NCBI GenBank assembly: GCA_964106645.2
Contig: OZ067042.1
Strand: one strand, 5' to 3'
Length of the DNA stretch: 64,000 nt
From: Podarcis pityusensis
Lineage: Eukaryota
The position numbers were made by a program, and so were the translations under genes. Under the pieces are notes generated by a model. That model worked only from the letters and a program-made list of their open reading frames with translations. It was not told the DNA's origin and searched no databases. This document shows, in pieces, positions 24,981 to 38,200 of this stretch; positions within the stretch are counted from its first letter, which is position 1, and the number at the start of each line of letters is the position of its first letter.

Positions 24981-27391
24981 CTACTTGTCAAATGACTAAA
25001 CAATTTAAATTCAGACCACATAAGCACTCTGGTACTTTATTTTCAAAAGGTCACCTGAAATGTTTTCAAAAGTGAGCACCATTTAATTTGTGCTGAAATT
25101 GGCACTTTCAAATTGATAGCATTTTTAAAGACATTTGAATCCTTTGCATGAGAGAGTCAGCAGCCGGGGAGGGGTTACTTAGGGTATCTTCACATTGCTG
25201 GTTACTCCGCATCCATTGTGGACACACTGCTAGTTTTTGAAACCCTGTTCCCAAGAGGTTAGCTGCAATCCATATTTATCTGTAGTCAGGCACATTCTTC
25301 CCATTAGAAAACTGGGTGTGAAGTTAACACCTCCATGAATAGGAGTTCTGGAGGCTGAGACATTTCAGGGATGGGGAAACCCAAAAGGTCATGTGCCTCA
25401 GGTGAAGTCAACTCTATCCCCTCTCTGATGTGAACACCAGCTTGAAATACAGCGGAGGGAGATGGCCTCACTGCGGTTTAAGCTGCTCATGTGAACATGC
25501 CCCTTATTTTGCTTTTTCTCATGGCTTCGCCCCTCAAATTGCCCCTGGGGTGGTTCTGTATCAAAAGCAAGGATTGAACTGTCATTCTCTGTGGGGATGG
25601 AAAGGGAATTAAAAGGCAGTTTTGTTCAGAGATAAGGATATGTTCTTTTACACTGTTTCTGCACTTTAGATATTCTTATTTTCATTCTCCCCTCCCATAT
25701 TTTTCAGGAAGTTGCTGTTATTAAATATGTATTATGTTTTATTCTTGCACTCAGGATAAGTAGGTTATAACTTACGTTATGAGACTCTTACATTATGAGG
25801 GATTGTGGAGTTTATTGCTGGGGTGATGGTGTGTACAATTTGATGTTGCTGCTTAAAATATGTTCATTATGTGTTCCTTTTTGTACTGTATGGGCATTGC
25901 ATTATGTATGGGCATATATTGTTTATTATGTTCTATGCTGTAAACTCCCCTGTGGTCTTTTGATGAAGGGTGGCATATAAATCGTAAAAGCAAACCAACA
26001 ACAGCTCTGCTTGCCCTCCAATTGCCCCCCCCCCCCGCTGCCACCCATGCAAATCACTCCTGCCTGTCCCAAATTAGAAAACAAGGGACTGTTTATATTT
26101 TACAGCTCTTTATTATTATTACGTATTAAATTTATTAGTCGCTCTTTTTTGCCACAAAGCAATTCAAAGCATGTTAAACAAACAAACAAACAAAACGATA
26201 TTAAAACCAACTTTTTTAAAAAATCAAAAAAGACAATTCTATTTTTAAAAACTAAAATAAAACATCCCACCCACTCACAAATGCCACGGATAAGTAAAAA
26301 CCAAAGGCAGTCAAAAAAAGGTTATGGAACAATATCTTTATAGTTTTGAAACAAATCAGTTCTCAAATATTCTATGTATTTGAAAGGTCAGTTCAGGATT
26401 TATTCAACTGCTACTTTCTGCTTAAAATACCAAAGTCTTGTGCCACATATAACCCAAATAATAATAATAATGCAATGGAACACAATTAAATAGCCAACTA
26501 AATTAACATGTGTTAATGTGGAATCAGTTGCTCTTCAGATGTTGTCAAATTCCAACTCTCATCAGCCTCAGCAGGCATGGCTAGTGGGCAATTGTGATGG
26601 AAACTATACCCCAACATCATCTAGGGAGCCACAGATTCCCCAACCCTGCTATACCAATTTTCCTGGAAGTCGACTCCACTGAATGGAATGTGGTTTGCTT
26701 CTCAGTAGGTAAGCTTAAGATTGCCCTTTCGGTTTCACATGCTCAGTCTTGCACCAAGGGTAGCTCTCCAACCCACCCACTTTCCCCCTCATTGCTTATT
26801 TTATAGACCCACAACTGGCCTACTCCCTCCAATATCAGATCTCGTCTAACAACTTGCACGTCTACAACGTTGTTTCTCCTCTTCCCCACTGCCTGCTACC
26901 CACTCCCTTGTCTTGTTTCCTTCTATCCCTTCTATCAAAGGTCCCTTAGGGAAAAGATAATTGTGCAGATCCTTTAAACAGACACAGTTGCCATTAAGCT
27001 TAATGAGAAGCGCAGAATTAAATCCTTTCCAAATGGCTTTGAAAAATCTCAGCCATTGCCCTTCCATATGTTCCACAACATTCCGTGTTCATTTGGTGGC
27101 CTTATTCATACAGCAAGGCAGCAAATACCATTGGCCTGTTTCAGCAAAACTACCCTGCCTTCTACATAGATACACCTTTAAAAGCATTTACTGATGTCAG
27201 TTGCTGGGCGTATTCTTTTACGTGCTTATGTGTAACTTTATTTTTCAATGTACTAGACTTGAAAAGGTGGGCTGAGCTGGTGGATGTTGCAAATTCCTCT
27301 CTGCTGCTTCTGCTGCTGGAGGCTAGAGGTTTCCCTGTTGTAGTGAAAAGCTTCTCCACCATCATTCCCACCCCAGTGGTAGGGGATAAAA

Positions 27392-27528
27392 CAGGCATCC
27401 CCAAACTTGGCCCTCCAGCTGTTTTGGGACTACAACTCCCATCATCCCTAGCTAACAGGACCAATGGTCAGGGATGATAGGAATTGTAGTCCCAAAAACA
27501 GCTGGAGGGCCAAGTTTGGGGATGCCTG
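27392..27528. mobile_element. Palindromic hAT (Charlie/URR1-like) MITE with perfect 8-bp TSD
   Basis: caggcatccccaaactt...aagtttggggatgcctg; TSD ggataaaa at 27384-27391 and 27529-27536. Confidence 0.92.
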
Positions 27529-29239
27529 GGATAAAACCAGATATTCTTGGGTGGGAAAGGGCACCATCAGCACATAGAAGCTGTGGAGACACAGCATCTA
27601 AAGCCTTCAATAAAAAGCAGAGGAAGAGAAGATGAAAGTACAAAAAGAGAGGGAAAGGGTAAAGACAGCCTTCTCTGCTCAGGCTACTGTGAGCCCAGCA
27701 GAGCATTGATTTCTCTTCCATGGACTCTCCACCTCCTCCCAAACCCCACAGGATTGCTCTGCCTGGAAAAGCTTCTGTGTCTTTCATCTCACCTGTTTTG
27801 TTTGCTCTAAGAAGAGCCCAGATGCTATTAGCGCACCAAGAATCAGCACCAACATTTATTGTTCCCTGCTGCAGTGACTATAGTTTCCTTAGGAAGACCC
27901 ATCTCACACTTTGAGAACCATGACTCTACAACACAGGTGAAGAAATGGCTCTAGCACATTTCAGTAGGCAGTGAGACAAGTATTATTTATTTATTTTAAA
28001 GCTAAAAACAGTCTCTCAATCAGTGATTTCAGGGTTGCCAGGGAGGGTGTCTTCCAGCCCTGAATTGCTTCGTAAACAGGAATGTTTTTAAATTCCGCCT
28101 GATAATAATGCTTTTCGTAAGTGCTTTAAATTTCCTTATCTATGCAAATTCCAACAGCTTGCTACATGATGGTCGCTATATTCACATCACTGCAGTCTTT
28201 GATAGAAGGCTCAGTACCATACCATTCATCACGCTTCCCAGAAAAAGCATCATACCAACAACGGTACCCAAGAACGGCACCTTCTTCTGCCTGATCTCAA
28301 ACCCGTTTAATAAAATATCACTGAGAACAAAACTGAATTGCACGAAGACTGAAAGATTAGAAGTTGCTTTATCTGACATCTTGCAGGCAAGCAGATTTAG
28401 AAAGTGAAAGATGTTGACATAGAAGAGAATGTGCACTCACTGTCAATTAAAAGGTGGAGGGGTTACGTAAGCCATTGGCAATAATAAAATCTTCATTCTG
28501 TATCCAAGCTTTCATTCCAGAATTATTGTGATGGATAGTGGATGGGTGCAGGCGTAGCCAAATACTTCCAAAGCAAAACCAGTTGATAAAGAACAAGAAA
28601 ATCATGAGTCATTCACGACCATTTTCTCTCTAGCCCATGGGCCTAATTATGCCCACCAAGTGTCCCCATTTGACCTACAAGGCCGTTCTGGCCAAGCCAC
28701 ACCCACCTTCCCTCCTCCTGACATCAGGGTGGGACAGGTAAAGGCATGGCAAGGCCAAAAGGGGTTTGCAGACATCAGTTATCAGCTGTTGTGCAGCATT
28801 TGCAAAGCCCTGTGCACAGGTGACAAATTTCCCCCTTTTAAGAAGTTTTTCTCATGTGGTGAGCTGAAACCAGCCCCTCATTGTGAATCATCGGGTCTCT
28901 TACAAAAGCCCTGTTACAAGCTGCAACCTTAACCTACCCTCAAGTATGTAGGATTTTAGTTCCTACATAAGACAAATCAGATCAAGCTTTCATTGTTGGA
29001 AAAATACAACTGTCCTCTGTTGAAGTAAAGAAAATAGTGTGTTTAGATGAGTACAGATTAAGTCAATTCTTCTTTACAGCAGAGTAGCAATGAGTGGTCT
29101 ACAAGCCACTGAACGGGGACTGATTTTTTCCCCTAATAGACACAACTGGTGTGAGACTATGCAAACCTATGCTTTAGAGAGAACCTTCAGAGATTGAAGA
29201 AGGAGTGCTCGTTGTAATCTCTTAAGTGATATCACAACA

Positions 29240-32092
29240 ACACAATTTCAAACTGTTTATTAGAATAAAATTACTTTGCAGCTCTGTGCTTCTTACAAGA
29301 GGTACAGAAGGAAATGTTAAACAGAAAAAGAAATGTGTTAACATTCTTCAAGACAGTGCCTGGCTTCACAAAGCAAAATTATAGAGCAGCTACAGTATTT
29401 TACTCTTCTCCTCAAGCCTTCTATGGCTGAAAATGTCATGCAAATACTTTTTTTAAAAAAAATCTGTACAGGCAAGGCAATAGATTAAAAAAAATGAAAG
29501 TGTTGCACTTCAGAATGTAAAGCATTAGAATGCAATAGTTACTGTGGCAGGAAAGCTGTATATCCTTAAGAAATCATTCATACGGGATTATAAAAGGTAA
29601 TGTTACCCTTTCCCTAGGGAGAACAAATTCTACATATTAGCCAACAAGCAAGAGTCCAGTGATGTAAGTTGGAATGTTGGTCTTTATATTAACTTGTACA
29701 GCTACACTCCCCTAAGTACAAGTTGCAATTGTACTTGCGATAAAATGTAACTAGCTTTATTATAGATCCAGAATCAGATTATCTTACTTTTAAAAACGTA
29801 AGTAAAAACCTTGCCTTATACCTATCAGCAAGAAAGATTGTAGGATTAAACCCCAGAAAGGCAGAATTTTATTTAGTAGCATTATTGTAAAAGAGCTTTG
29901 TGCTTTACCTTTGCGGAAAAGCAAAACCAGCCCACATGCAAGTAGGTGCATAGCCACGTCCCCCTCCCAGCATAATATTCACAGCTTGACATTTCCGCAC
30001 ATGCAAAGTCTCTCTGCTGATGAAGCCTACGCTGAAAAACACCCTCTCACATCCAGCAATTACAGTGTACTGCACATACCAACACAACTCCAATGCACAC
30101 TGCTGTACCCCAGAAACATTTTAATAATGTAGTAAGTTATTATCATTAGTGACAACAAGCTATTTTACTTTCTAGTGTTCAAACTAATTCCCAGCCCCTC
30201 ATTGCTTTAAAATTAGGCAGAACATTCTCGTTAAAATTAGCCAAGCATCATCTGCAATATATTGCTTGGTTGTATTTATTTAAATACACAATCTTCATTC
30301 TAGCATACACCAAAATGTTCACTGAAGCATGGTAAAACAAGGGAAAGTTATTTATTTACAAGCACCTACTTATCTGACCTTAAAATGGAAGCCATTAACA
30401 ATCTTTAAAAATTGCTACTCGGAGAATACATTCAGTTTTAAACAAATAGTGCACATTAGCAAGGATGAGATGTAATTGCTCTAAGTAGCTAGTCGGCTTT
30501 ATTAGAACAAATGGATTTCATTTCAGCTGCTATTCTACTGGAAATGGTAAAAGAACAAACTACTTTATTCACACTTGCTGCCCGCTGCTGTCACTGATAT
30601 GATGCAACTTTGGTTCAGAAATTCATCTTTAAAAAAATTCAAAGCACCTATTTATTGTTGGGAAACATGCATAGCAGTTCCTCTCACAGGAAATTGCATG
30701 GGAATACTGACAAAAATATTGTGATCCATTAATTGTTTTAAACCATAAACAGAGTTATAGAAAACTTTACTTTTAACAAACGTAGAGTAAACACGCAGTC
30801 TAAAACGGCACAGAAGTTCTGTGCTGGAGTTAATGTGCAGTGCTGTTATCACTTCGGCATGCTTTAAAAAATTTTTTTTAAAGCTGGCAGCTAAAAGGTA
30901 TTTTCATGATCAAGCTCCCAACTTTAAACTGAAAAGGAGAAAAGGAAAGGATTGTTGTGTTGTTAGTAATACAAGGAGAAATGGGGGAGATACCCAATTT
31001 CTCTTAATAAAAATGCCATGCTTATTGCTTATCAAAGGAGTGAATTTGGTGATAATCCACTCTGTGAAACGTCATTGCCTTCTATACTATTACCCAAGAG
31101 GATTGCAATATTAATCTAACATAACTTAGACCTCCATGCCCATGTTATGCATCTACTTGAATAGCCTATGCTTGCAAGATTTTTATGTTCTAGACTCATT
31201 CTCCCACTCAAAATTAGTCAAGATTGGAATGAGCTAGTTAACTTATGAAACAACTTTAGTGCTATTTTTGAAATTTAGAGAGCTTAGACTATAATCATTT
31301 TAGAGATCAATATGCTAGCAAGTAGCGAAATGATGCAAACCTTCTGGTTCAAAGTAAAAGTCAAGTGTTTTTTGCAATTTGGGTGCAAAATGCTAGTGAT
31401 TCAGATATTTAATATTCTAACGTGTAACTTCTCTATTAATATATCTTAATAATACTTGTTCATTCTGCCACTGTGTCATTGGTAGTTAGTCAACTGATCC
31501 TTAATAAGATACTGGCAGTTAGTCTTATTTTATTTAGCGTGTTGCCATAGTAATCAACAACACACATCAAACACCCCCCCCCCACCAACAGAAAAAATAC
31601 AACCTGTATTCAGTTCTCCTAAAATTCTCACAGTTTGAAATAATGAGACCAATGGGTAGGTCTTGTTGACAAGGCTTTTCCAAAGTTCCCACAGTACATG
31701 GAGTTTAAATGACATTCAGAACTTATGTATTAAAATGACAGATTGCTGGTATATATGTTTGTGCATTTGTCACAGTCATTAGTCTTGAAACAAATGTAAC
31801 ACTGGATACATGTAAAAACTAGTGTGTGTCTCTGTGTGTGTTTGCGTGTTTTTCCCATTAATGGCTCTTCTCTTGCATCCAAGATGTTGTGTTTGACTTG
31901 GTTACCAAATCTTGTAGTTCTAGACATGCGTATGTATGAAGGCACTTGTCTTCCAGTGGTTTGGGTCTGATAAAGCCTTACCCACAAATGGCACTATACA
32001 CATTATGGAAGCAGCAAAAGCCCCGAAGCTTTGTGTCACATTCTCCAAGCCTACCAACTTCTCGCTGGTAGACAAAGTCAACCCGAAATGTT
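29240..32092 (-). other. GPAM: Probable GPAM 3' UTR (~2.85 kb)
   Basis: AT-rich stretch without recognisable transposons from the stop codon to an AATAAA followed by a GT-rich element; the end coordinate is approximate. Confidence 0.65.
29256..29261 (-). terminator. Polyadenylation signal AATAAA of GPAM
   Basis: Minus strand reads ttttattctAATAAAcagtttgaaattgtgttgttgtg: canonical signal with a downstream GU-rich element. Confidence 0.65.
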
Positions 32093-32209
32093 CTACAGTA
32101 CAACAAATCCCAGAATGAATTCTAGTAGTTTTTGCCGATTACAATGAGGTAGAAAAGTGCTGCTCAGCTCCAAAATAGAATCTCTCTTCTGCTTTGTCTC
32201 CTTAAATAC
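32093..32209 (-). CDS. GPAM: GPAM last coding exon (20) with stop codon
   Basis: VFKETKQKRDSILELSSTFLPHCNRQKLLEFILGFVVL-TAG; 117 nt. Confidence 0.97.
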   Translation of the reverse strand, partial: VFKETKQKRDSILELSSTFLPHCNRQKLLEFILGFVVL

Positions 32210-35200
32210 CTAAAAGGGAAATGTAAAAGTGTGTTTCATCACTAACACCTTCCAGCAGCGCCACATATTTGCAAAGTTCACACCAAAGCTGTTCAGCAAA
32301 ATTGTTCCTCCTACAGCCATGTTATCTTGGGCTGCTTTTCCCATTCAGAAAAGTAATCCACTGCTGCAGTAACAGTGTAGCAACTGACAGATATCAGCTG
32401 CAACAACTTTCCTGATCTGCAAGGCTATAAACATACCTCACCATTTGTAACAGCCCTTGCAACTGATTCTTGCAAATGAAAAAGCACGCACAACGAAAAT
32501 GTGTGAATGAGCTTCATCTGAATCTAGCCCATCTTCAACACATCTTTAAAACTAGTACTGTATGCAAGCTCTGTTAGTCATGCTCTTAGACATGAGTAAT
32601 TCAACATCAAAAGTTGTGGAGTATTGGATATTTATGGCAGGGTGGAAAACCTATGACCTTCCAACTGTTAACTGACTGCAGATCCCATCAACACTGACCA
32701 CCAGTAATGCTGGCTGCACCTCTGCCATAAATACCAATACTACAAACTTGTATTTATAGAATGGGTAGATAGTTTAATATCATTGAAAGAAGGAATATGC
32801 TGAGTGTCCATATGGGGGAGAGAAAAAAGGACAAGGCTTATGACTGATTTGTGTGATTTGTCTGGAACAAAATGTGGCACCAAAACTGCTTTTTGTTGGA
32901 GCGTTCTAAATATTAGAGACTCCAGAACAACACACTAGTCTACTCAACCACGTTGAGTCCAAAGGAACTCAGAACATGTCTGCGTGTTTTCTTAAGTCCA
33001 GAGTGGCCCAGTCATTAAGATTTTCAGGACTGATTCACATCCTTCTCAGAACCCCTTCGTAGGTGGGTAACAGGCTGCCACATGCCTTTAACAATGCATG
33101 TCACACTGACCTGGGACACGTGTGGACACCAATCTAGAACATGACACATTCTTGCCATCTCCCCACCATGACCCACACATACTTTTTGTGAGTTGGAGAG
33201 AGGATTGCAGGGGATGGATTTATGCAGGACTGCAATAATTGTATCCTCAAATGAGATACTTTACTCTTGTGCTGATGATATTAGAAAGTAGCTGCTCAGT
33301 TTTTATATTAATGTAGCAAGGTGTGTAGCAGGCAAGAGTACTTTTCCTGAGGCAGAGACAGTGGCTATCACCAGGCATCTAGATAGAATATCACTGGAGG
33401 ATGTTGTGGTATTTGGGTACTAGCAACAAGTGGGAAATGCAGGAAGAGGCTGTGAAGGTCAAACTTTCATTTTCAAATAGGTCCATAGCAGCATTTTTCT
33501 AAATGAGTAAAAGGGTAGCACTTCAAAAGCATGATTGATGTGGTAAAGGAAGAAGAAATTTAATGTTTGAAAGGTGTACAATGGGGATGTGCACATGTGT
33601 AGAGATGTGTAGTTTGATTGTTGTAGGACTTGGTTGTAGATATTTAAAAATAAAATATTTAATGAAAAAATAAAATATTACAGGGGTTTTCTTTTTGCAC
33701 ATACCCTTTTGCATAGGGCACAGACTTTCCTCAAGCAATGAATTTAGTACTACTGTTCATGTTCAGTTATGTCTAACAACATGCACCTTGCTTATACCAC
33801 AGGAACATTGGGATAATACAATTTGGATATAATGGACTAATCTCTTGAGCCTTAGTGCAGCCTTTTAGCCTACATAAAGGTTAAATTACGATATCACATC
33901 ACATTATCCATTTTTAAGGACTAAGATTACAACCCTCGATACACAGATTGAAGGAAGTCTCATTAACAGGAATACGTAAGTTTAGTTGCGCTGTAAGGCG
34001 CCTGAAGCTAACATAACACTTACCCCCATGTCCTTAAAGACTTTCACTGCGTTTTTTGCAAGGCAATAGGTGGCACTCTCAGCTGTAAACATGGAAAGGC
34101 AGGCAGATAAACACATATCAGGCTGAATACAGGAAACTTTGATAAGAATATATTGAAAGACAGGGAAGGCTGCTCCATAGAAAGCAGCCATTTGACATAC
34201 CATATACTGCAACGTTCTTTTCTGTTCGTGTTATTAAGTATCTGTGTAATTTTTGAAGATATTCCGATTCCCTGACAGGACCGCTGAAGTTATGTATGAA
34301 GATGGCAGCAGAACTGTACGCCTCCAGTAATGGTCCTAGTAGCTTCTGAAGGAAGGTGATATACTGCTGGTGCTCCTGAGACTGGCTCACCTGTGCGAGG
34401 TAAGAAAGGAAAGGAAAAATAAATGTCGCTCAAGCTACCAACATCCAGTCCCGTCTCTCGCACCAGCCCGGGCAGGAGGCGGCAAGAGAAGCAACGGCTG
34501 CAATAACAGCAGAGCCTGCTCAAGAGCCAGCAGGTCTTTGCCAGCCCTGCTCTGTTTCGGGTTTTCCAGTGGTGGCTTCTGTCTGCACTGGGGCATTTCT
34601 TGTAGGTGGGGCTTCCTTGCCAATAGAGCTGGGAGGACGGGCACCTTCAGTTCATCCAAACCCCCTCCACAGCAGGTCATGTCATAGGTTTGGACTGCTC
34701 TGCCCAGTTCTGACAACATTAGAACTGAAGCATTATGCAATATTGCAGCAAAGCTGTAATGGATCTATTTCCCATTCCATAACCAATATAGCAAGGGGTG
34801 CACATTCTCTATATACATCTTAGTGAACTGAGGTGCTCAATTATGATGGCTACGTAACAACAACAAAGCACTGGGAAACAAGACAGAGGGATGGCTAGAA
34901 GAACCCAAAGGACTTGCAGAAGTAGGAAAAATCCCAACAGGCCAAAAAGCTCAACACGGCTGCAGAACAACCCAATGATGGACTGTAGACCACAGAAACA
35001 GATGGCATCATAAATCTGCTAGGTCCTTTTCAAAGCCTGAGTTTCAAACTCCCTCATTCATTCTGTGCAGCGCAGCTATGAATATGAAGCACTTCAGAAC
35101 AGTATGTTCCCTTACGGCCTATGCAGTACCTTCAAGTAGCAATCTCGTTGTTCTTCGCCAAAGTCACTGTCTTCATCCTCCCCGTCACTCCTCCAAGATA

Positions 35201-38200
35201 TTGGCTCTGGGAGTTTCTTTTCCCAGTGCTGCTCTGCAAGGCTAGGACTAATATCCTCCTGCTCATCCTGCTTAATAGACGAATGCAAAGCAGTAAGCAT
35301 CAGGCACCCACAAAAACTACTGCATTTTAACCATTTTTTCACTTTGGTGGCCCTGGAGCAGCTACTGTGTGGATTTTTAGAGCCCATACAGTGGCAAAGG
35401 AGCAAAGGGAAGGCAAGCCTTTATTTCCCCTATAAAGTGATCTCAATTTCCAAAAAAGATGCCCAAAGCAACAGTCTTCAAAGTAATTCCCTTAACAATA
35501 GTTTTCACAAAAGCAAGTCCACACAACTTTGAATATTACAGCTCCCAGAGACTTCTGTATCAGACCCAAAGGAACTCTGGAGAATTTAACCACTGAGTAA
35601 GCACTAAAATACTACGAGCAATCACGTTCATAATATTGCCTCGGGGAGGAAGCATTCTCATTTCCCTGCAACAAGCAACGGGTGTGCTGCTTCAAAGGGC
35701 ATTTAGGAGCCCTCAGAGTGTAGAAGAGATATCTCTCCTCTTGTTGCTTCTACTGGTTTTAGCTAAACTGCTTATTTGGTTTTTCTAGTTTGCTAAATTT
35801 ATCTAAATTTATCTGCCTTTGATGGACCTTTTTTGCAGAATATTAATCATTTAGTAAAGAGGAACAGTACCACAAATATATAGAATGCATGAGCCCAAAG
35901 ACCTGACATAAATTGTCATTTTCATGAATGTATGTTCAGACTTCTAGCACATACACAAAAAACAACACCTAAATGAATCTACCAGTAAGTTGATCTCTGC
36001 ATTCATTTTCTATTGTTTACATTGGCAAAATAAATAAAAGTCTAACACAATGAAATGGCCATTCCCACATAACAGAAACACATGCAAGCATGAGTTGTAT
36101 TCAATACAGTGGTACCTCAGTTGTCGAACGTAATCTGTTCCAGAAGACTGTTCGACATTCGAAAAGCGTTTGAAAACTGAAACAATTACTTCTGCGTTTT
36201 CGGCATTCGAAAACCGAAACGTTTAGCTTCCGAGACACTCGAAAACCAAGGCACGACTGTACTTTCTGTATGCCAGTGGAACAGAGTTCAGCTTGCACCA
36301 TGGAATTTAATCTTCCCCTCTCTTGCACACTCTCAGAATTCACTGCAGAGGATTGGAGGTAATCTCTGGAGCAGATTTTAGGGGTGTACATGAGGCAAAG
36401 GAAAGTATAATCCCTTTCCCCCCCCCTCATTTGTCTGATTTATTAAAGAAAAGACAATTGAACACATTTATAAAATGAACAAGTTGCCCTCATATTTGAG
36501 AAGTCAAGACACCGGGAAGGTATAATTCTGTTGTGCAATTGGAAGTCTGTTCCATTCATACAACACTGGATTATTATGATTAAAATCAGCCTCTGTTTTA
36601 ATGGAGCAAAATGCAATCACCTCTTCAAAATCTAGTCAGCCACTTCCCGATATGCTATCTTTGGTAAGTTTTAAGATATTCTGTAGCACATTAAGGTACA
36701 TTGTCTGGTGTTAGAAACAGTATACGCAGCAGACCTCAATGATCTTATATCACTTTTAAAAGCCCAAAAGTAAATATCTCGTAGTATAACAAGTTCACTA
36801 ATCACAACAAAAGAGAATATAATTTTCCCCACTAATCATAACAAATAACAGAACAAAATATATTATAACACTTCCCCCATTTTTCTCAAGATTTCCCACA
36901 CACAGATACAGACATACAAACGCAGTTAGTAAAACAGAAAGGGAAAAACTATGAACCAATACCAAAGGGAACAGTGCCTTCTAGAGGGCCAAATGTTAGA
37001 TTACAAGACATTGATGAAAACATTTGCAATGAAAATTAACAAAGCTACCATAATGAAAAAATAAGAACATTCTATAATAAGGCAATGCCACACAATAAGA
37101 GGAAAAGAATCAGTGTGAAACGTAAATGAAGTGAATCAGGCTAATGATTTGATAGGATTCTGACCCAAACCGAAAGGTAACAAGACACATTTAACAATTT
37201 TCTCCAGGGGGAGGGGGGATGACGACCCACTAACAATGTGATCCTGTGCATATCTGCTCAGAAAGAGGTCCCATTACATACAATGAGGCTTTCAGGGAGC
37301 AAGAACTGCAGCCTAATTTCACTGCTGACATATGTCAAGGTTGAGAAGAACATATTCTAATATTAGGATTGATTCTGACTTTTGCTTTTAAAAAATAGTG
37401 AGAACCATTACTAGTACTTTTATAGAACTACTTCCCCAAAAGAGTTCTAAATTGAGATGAAGGGAGGTAGGATATAAATTGTAATAAATGATGGTGATGA
37501 TGATGGTGTTACACGTTTGCACTGAATTATATTGGTTAAAAAGCTTATTTCCCGCCCCCCTCAAATCCTGATTAAGATCTGAAACTGAAGATTCGCCCAC
37601 CCCACTGAAGGATTTGAAAATTCACTTGACTTCCCCATTAGGTTCCATTAATGGCTGCCTGGGACCTGAACTAAAAATAAATTTAAGTTAAAAAGCACTC
37701 TGTGCATACATGGGTGTGCTAAACTTCCCCCCTTTTTGTATTCCAAGTTGAAAAATCAATAAATACTCAGGAAGATGTGAAATTAGGATCTGTTTAACTG
37801 TGGCCTTGGTCTAGCAAGCTGCTTAGGATGCTAAAAGTAGGTGTGCAGGAACACTAGGCTGCCTCCTTCTGTGTTATCAGTCCTCAGAGACAAGAGGCAG
37901 GATATTAAATATTGGAATAATGCGAACCATCAGCAACTTACCTCCGCTACCAAAAGAATGCCATACTGTATGAACTGTTCAATTGCTTCATGACACACTT
38001 GGCATAACAGCTGGCAGGGCTAAGGAGAACAAGTCAGGTTAATCATTCACAGAAGCTCATCCATCCTATCTTCCCCCTCCCTGCCCCTGGCATTAACTGC
38101 CCTGTTCCAAATCGTCACTTGCTTGCCTGTGGAAAGCAGGACTTGCCCCTGGGTGACCCTTCTATTTCTAGAATAGTTCTTTCTTCCTCTTTTACCCCAA

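Noticed and set aside
27986-27995. Alternative distal AATAAA pair for GPAM
   Set aside because: Part of a (ttta)n low-complexity run with a weaker downstream element than the 29256 site; cannot be excluded, but unsupported
28108-28436. Overlapping 99-aa and 84-aa ORFs with hydrophobic stretches
   Set aside because: No recognisable family or exon context; likely chance ORFs in intergenic DNA
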